Position numbers and translations under genes: made by a program. A DNA stretch of 63,701 nt, the filler included, from Octopus bimaculoides (taxonomy: Eukaryota), in the NCBI RefSeq assembly GCF_001194135.2. It is 3 parts of 3 records of this genome, joined end to end, with 100 filler letters (N's around TTAATTAATTAA, not from the genome) between each part and the next. Parts side by side here need not be neighbours in the genome. Positions count along the whole stretch, not along the records: positions 53,027 to 63,701 come from NC_069003.1; 2 more parts are not named here. One strand, written 5' to 3'. Of this stretch, positions 62,908-63,701 are shown one piece after another. A model generated the notes under the pieces. The model was not told the origin of the DNA and ran no database searches. It worked only from the letters and a program-made list of their open reading frames with translations. Each line of letters begins with the position of its first letter. The first letter of the stretch is position 1.

Positions 62908-63571
62908 GTATCTTCAAATTTACAGAACCCCTACCACCCAGAAATACTAAGTTTTTCGAAGAAAGAGCAACAGAAACTGAGGCGCATTCGACTAATCTTA
63001 CCTCTTAACGGCACAGAAAATTTGTAAAACTTTCCAAAGATTCTCCATCCGAGATTCTTCAGCGGAATCGATGCACACATTTGGGGGTGGTTATCGACAG
63101 CTCAACCAACACACTAATTCAACCACATATTTACGAAAGTGAATGCAAGACATTCACTTTCGTTTTTATAAATTTACTCAACTGATTTAAATATTTAGTC
63201 TAAAATTTTATAGATTTTATGGATTACAAATTTTCTCTTGGATTTTTTATATTTTTAAACTAGATTTTTGTATAGTACGCTTTTCTTGAAGGTGTCTGAT
63301 CTCCTTCGTCGTTTGAGTTGCACCATGGTAGTTCTACTCTACATTATTAATAAGGGATCAGCATGAGTTGCCTCACCAACATACTGAAAATTTAGAAATA
63401 GCAGTCAAAGAACTACTAATTCTAACTACAATTTTTTTCCCTAACGGATGGCGATATTTATGGCACACATAGAACAAAATAGAAGAGAAAAAACAAAAAC
63501 AAAACTTGCCGTTAGTTAATCATGTACGACGTTTCGTGATTAGAATATAAAAATTCTTTTCCACTCATCAG

Positions 63572-63683
63572 CATGATATACAAAATAAATCTGAAAATGC
63601 TAAATTCACCCATGTATATGTGACCATGCGACATCACATATCACATGAGAAGAAGAAATCAGCATCCACAAATTCATCGACCA
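63572..63683 (+). CDS. Candidate internal exon (HDIQNKSENAKFTHVYVTMRHHISHEKKKSASTNSST), unknown protein
   Basis: TTCTTTTCCACTCATCAG acceptor, 112 nt open in one frame only, perfect GTAAGT donor. Confidence 0.42.
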
Positions 63684-63701
63684 GTAAGTTCCGTATCCCT
63701 C

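Overview
AT-rich animal genomic DNA, gappy and dense in microsatellites. The SINE families, RTE 3' tails and (TA)/(TACA)/(GATA) arrays point to an octopod cephalopod (Octopus-like); this is an inference. About 15% of the window is N. Two 100-bp artificial joins (44N-TTAATTAATTAA-44N at 27484-27583 and 52927-53026) split it into three segments whose true adjacency is unproven. Most ORFs in the supplied track are read-throughs of microsatellites or gaps. The only complete, confidently recognisable host-type gene is an intronless, divergent EB1/MAPRE-like ORF (24006-24938, +). It keeps the microtubule-binding calponin-homology domain but lacks a recognisable EBH motif and the acidic EEY/F tail, and it sits between two Ty3/Gypsy remnants. 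Decayed transposons found: an RTE LINE, a mariner transposase, Gypsy pol and gag pieces with LTRs, a Tigger/pogo DDE_1 transposase, a hAT fragment, an R4/Dong-like RLE LINE tail, a Tc1 tail, and many copies of several SINE/MITE families. Several isolated open exon-like segments with canonical splice signals suggest large-intron host genes that I cannot identify. Repeat coordinates are approximate, read by eye.
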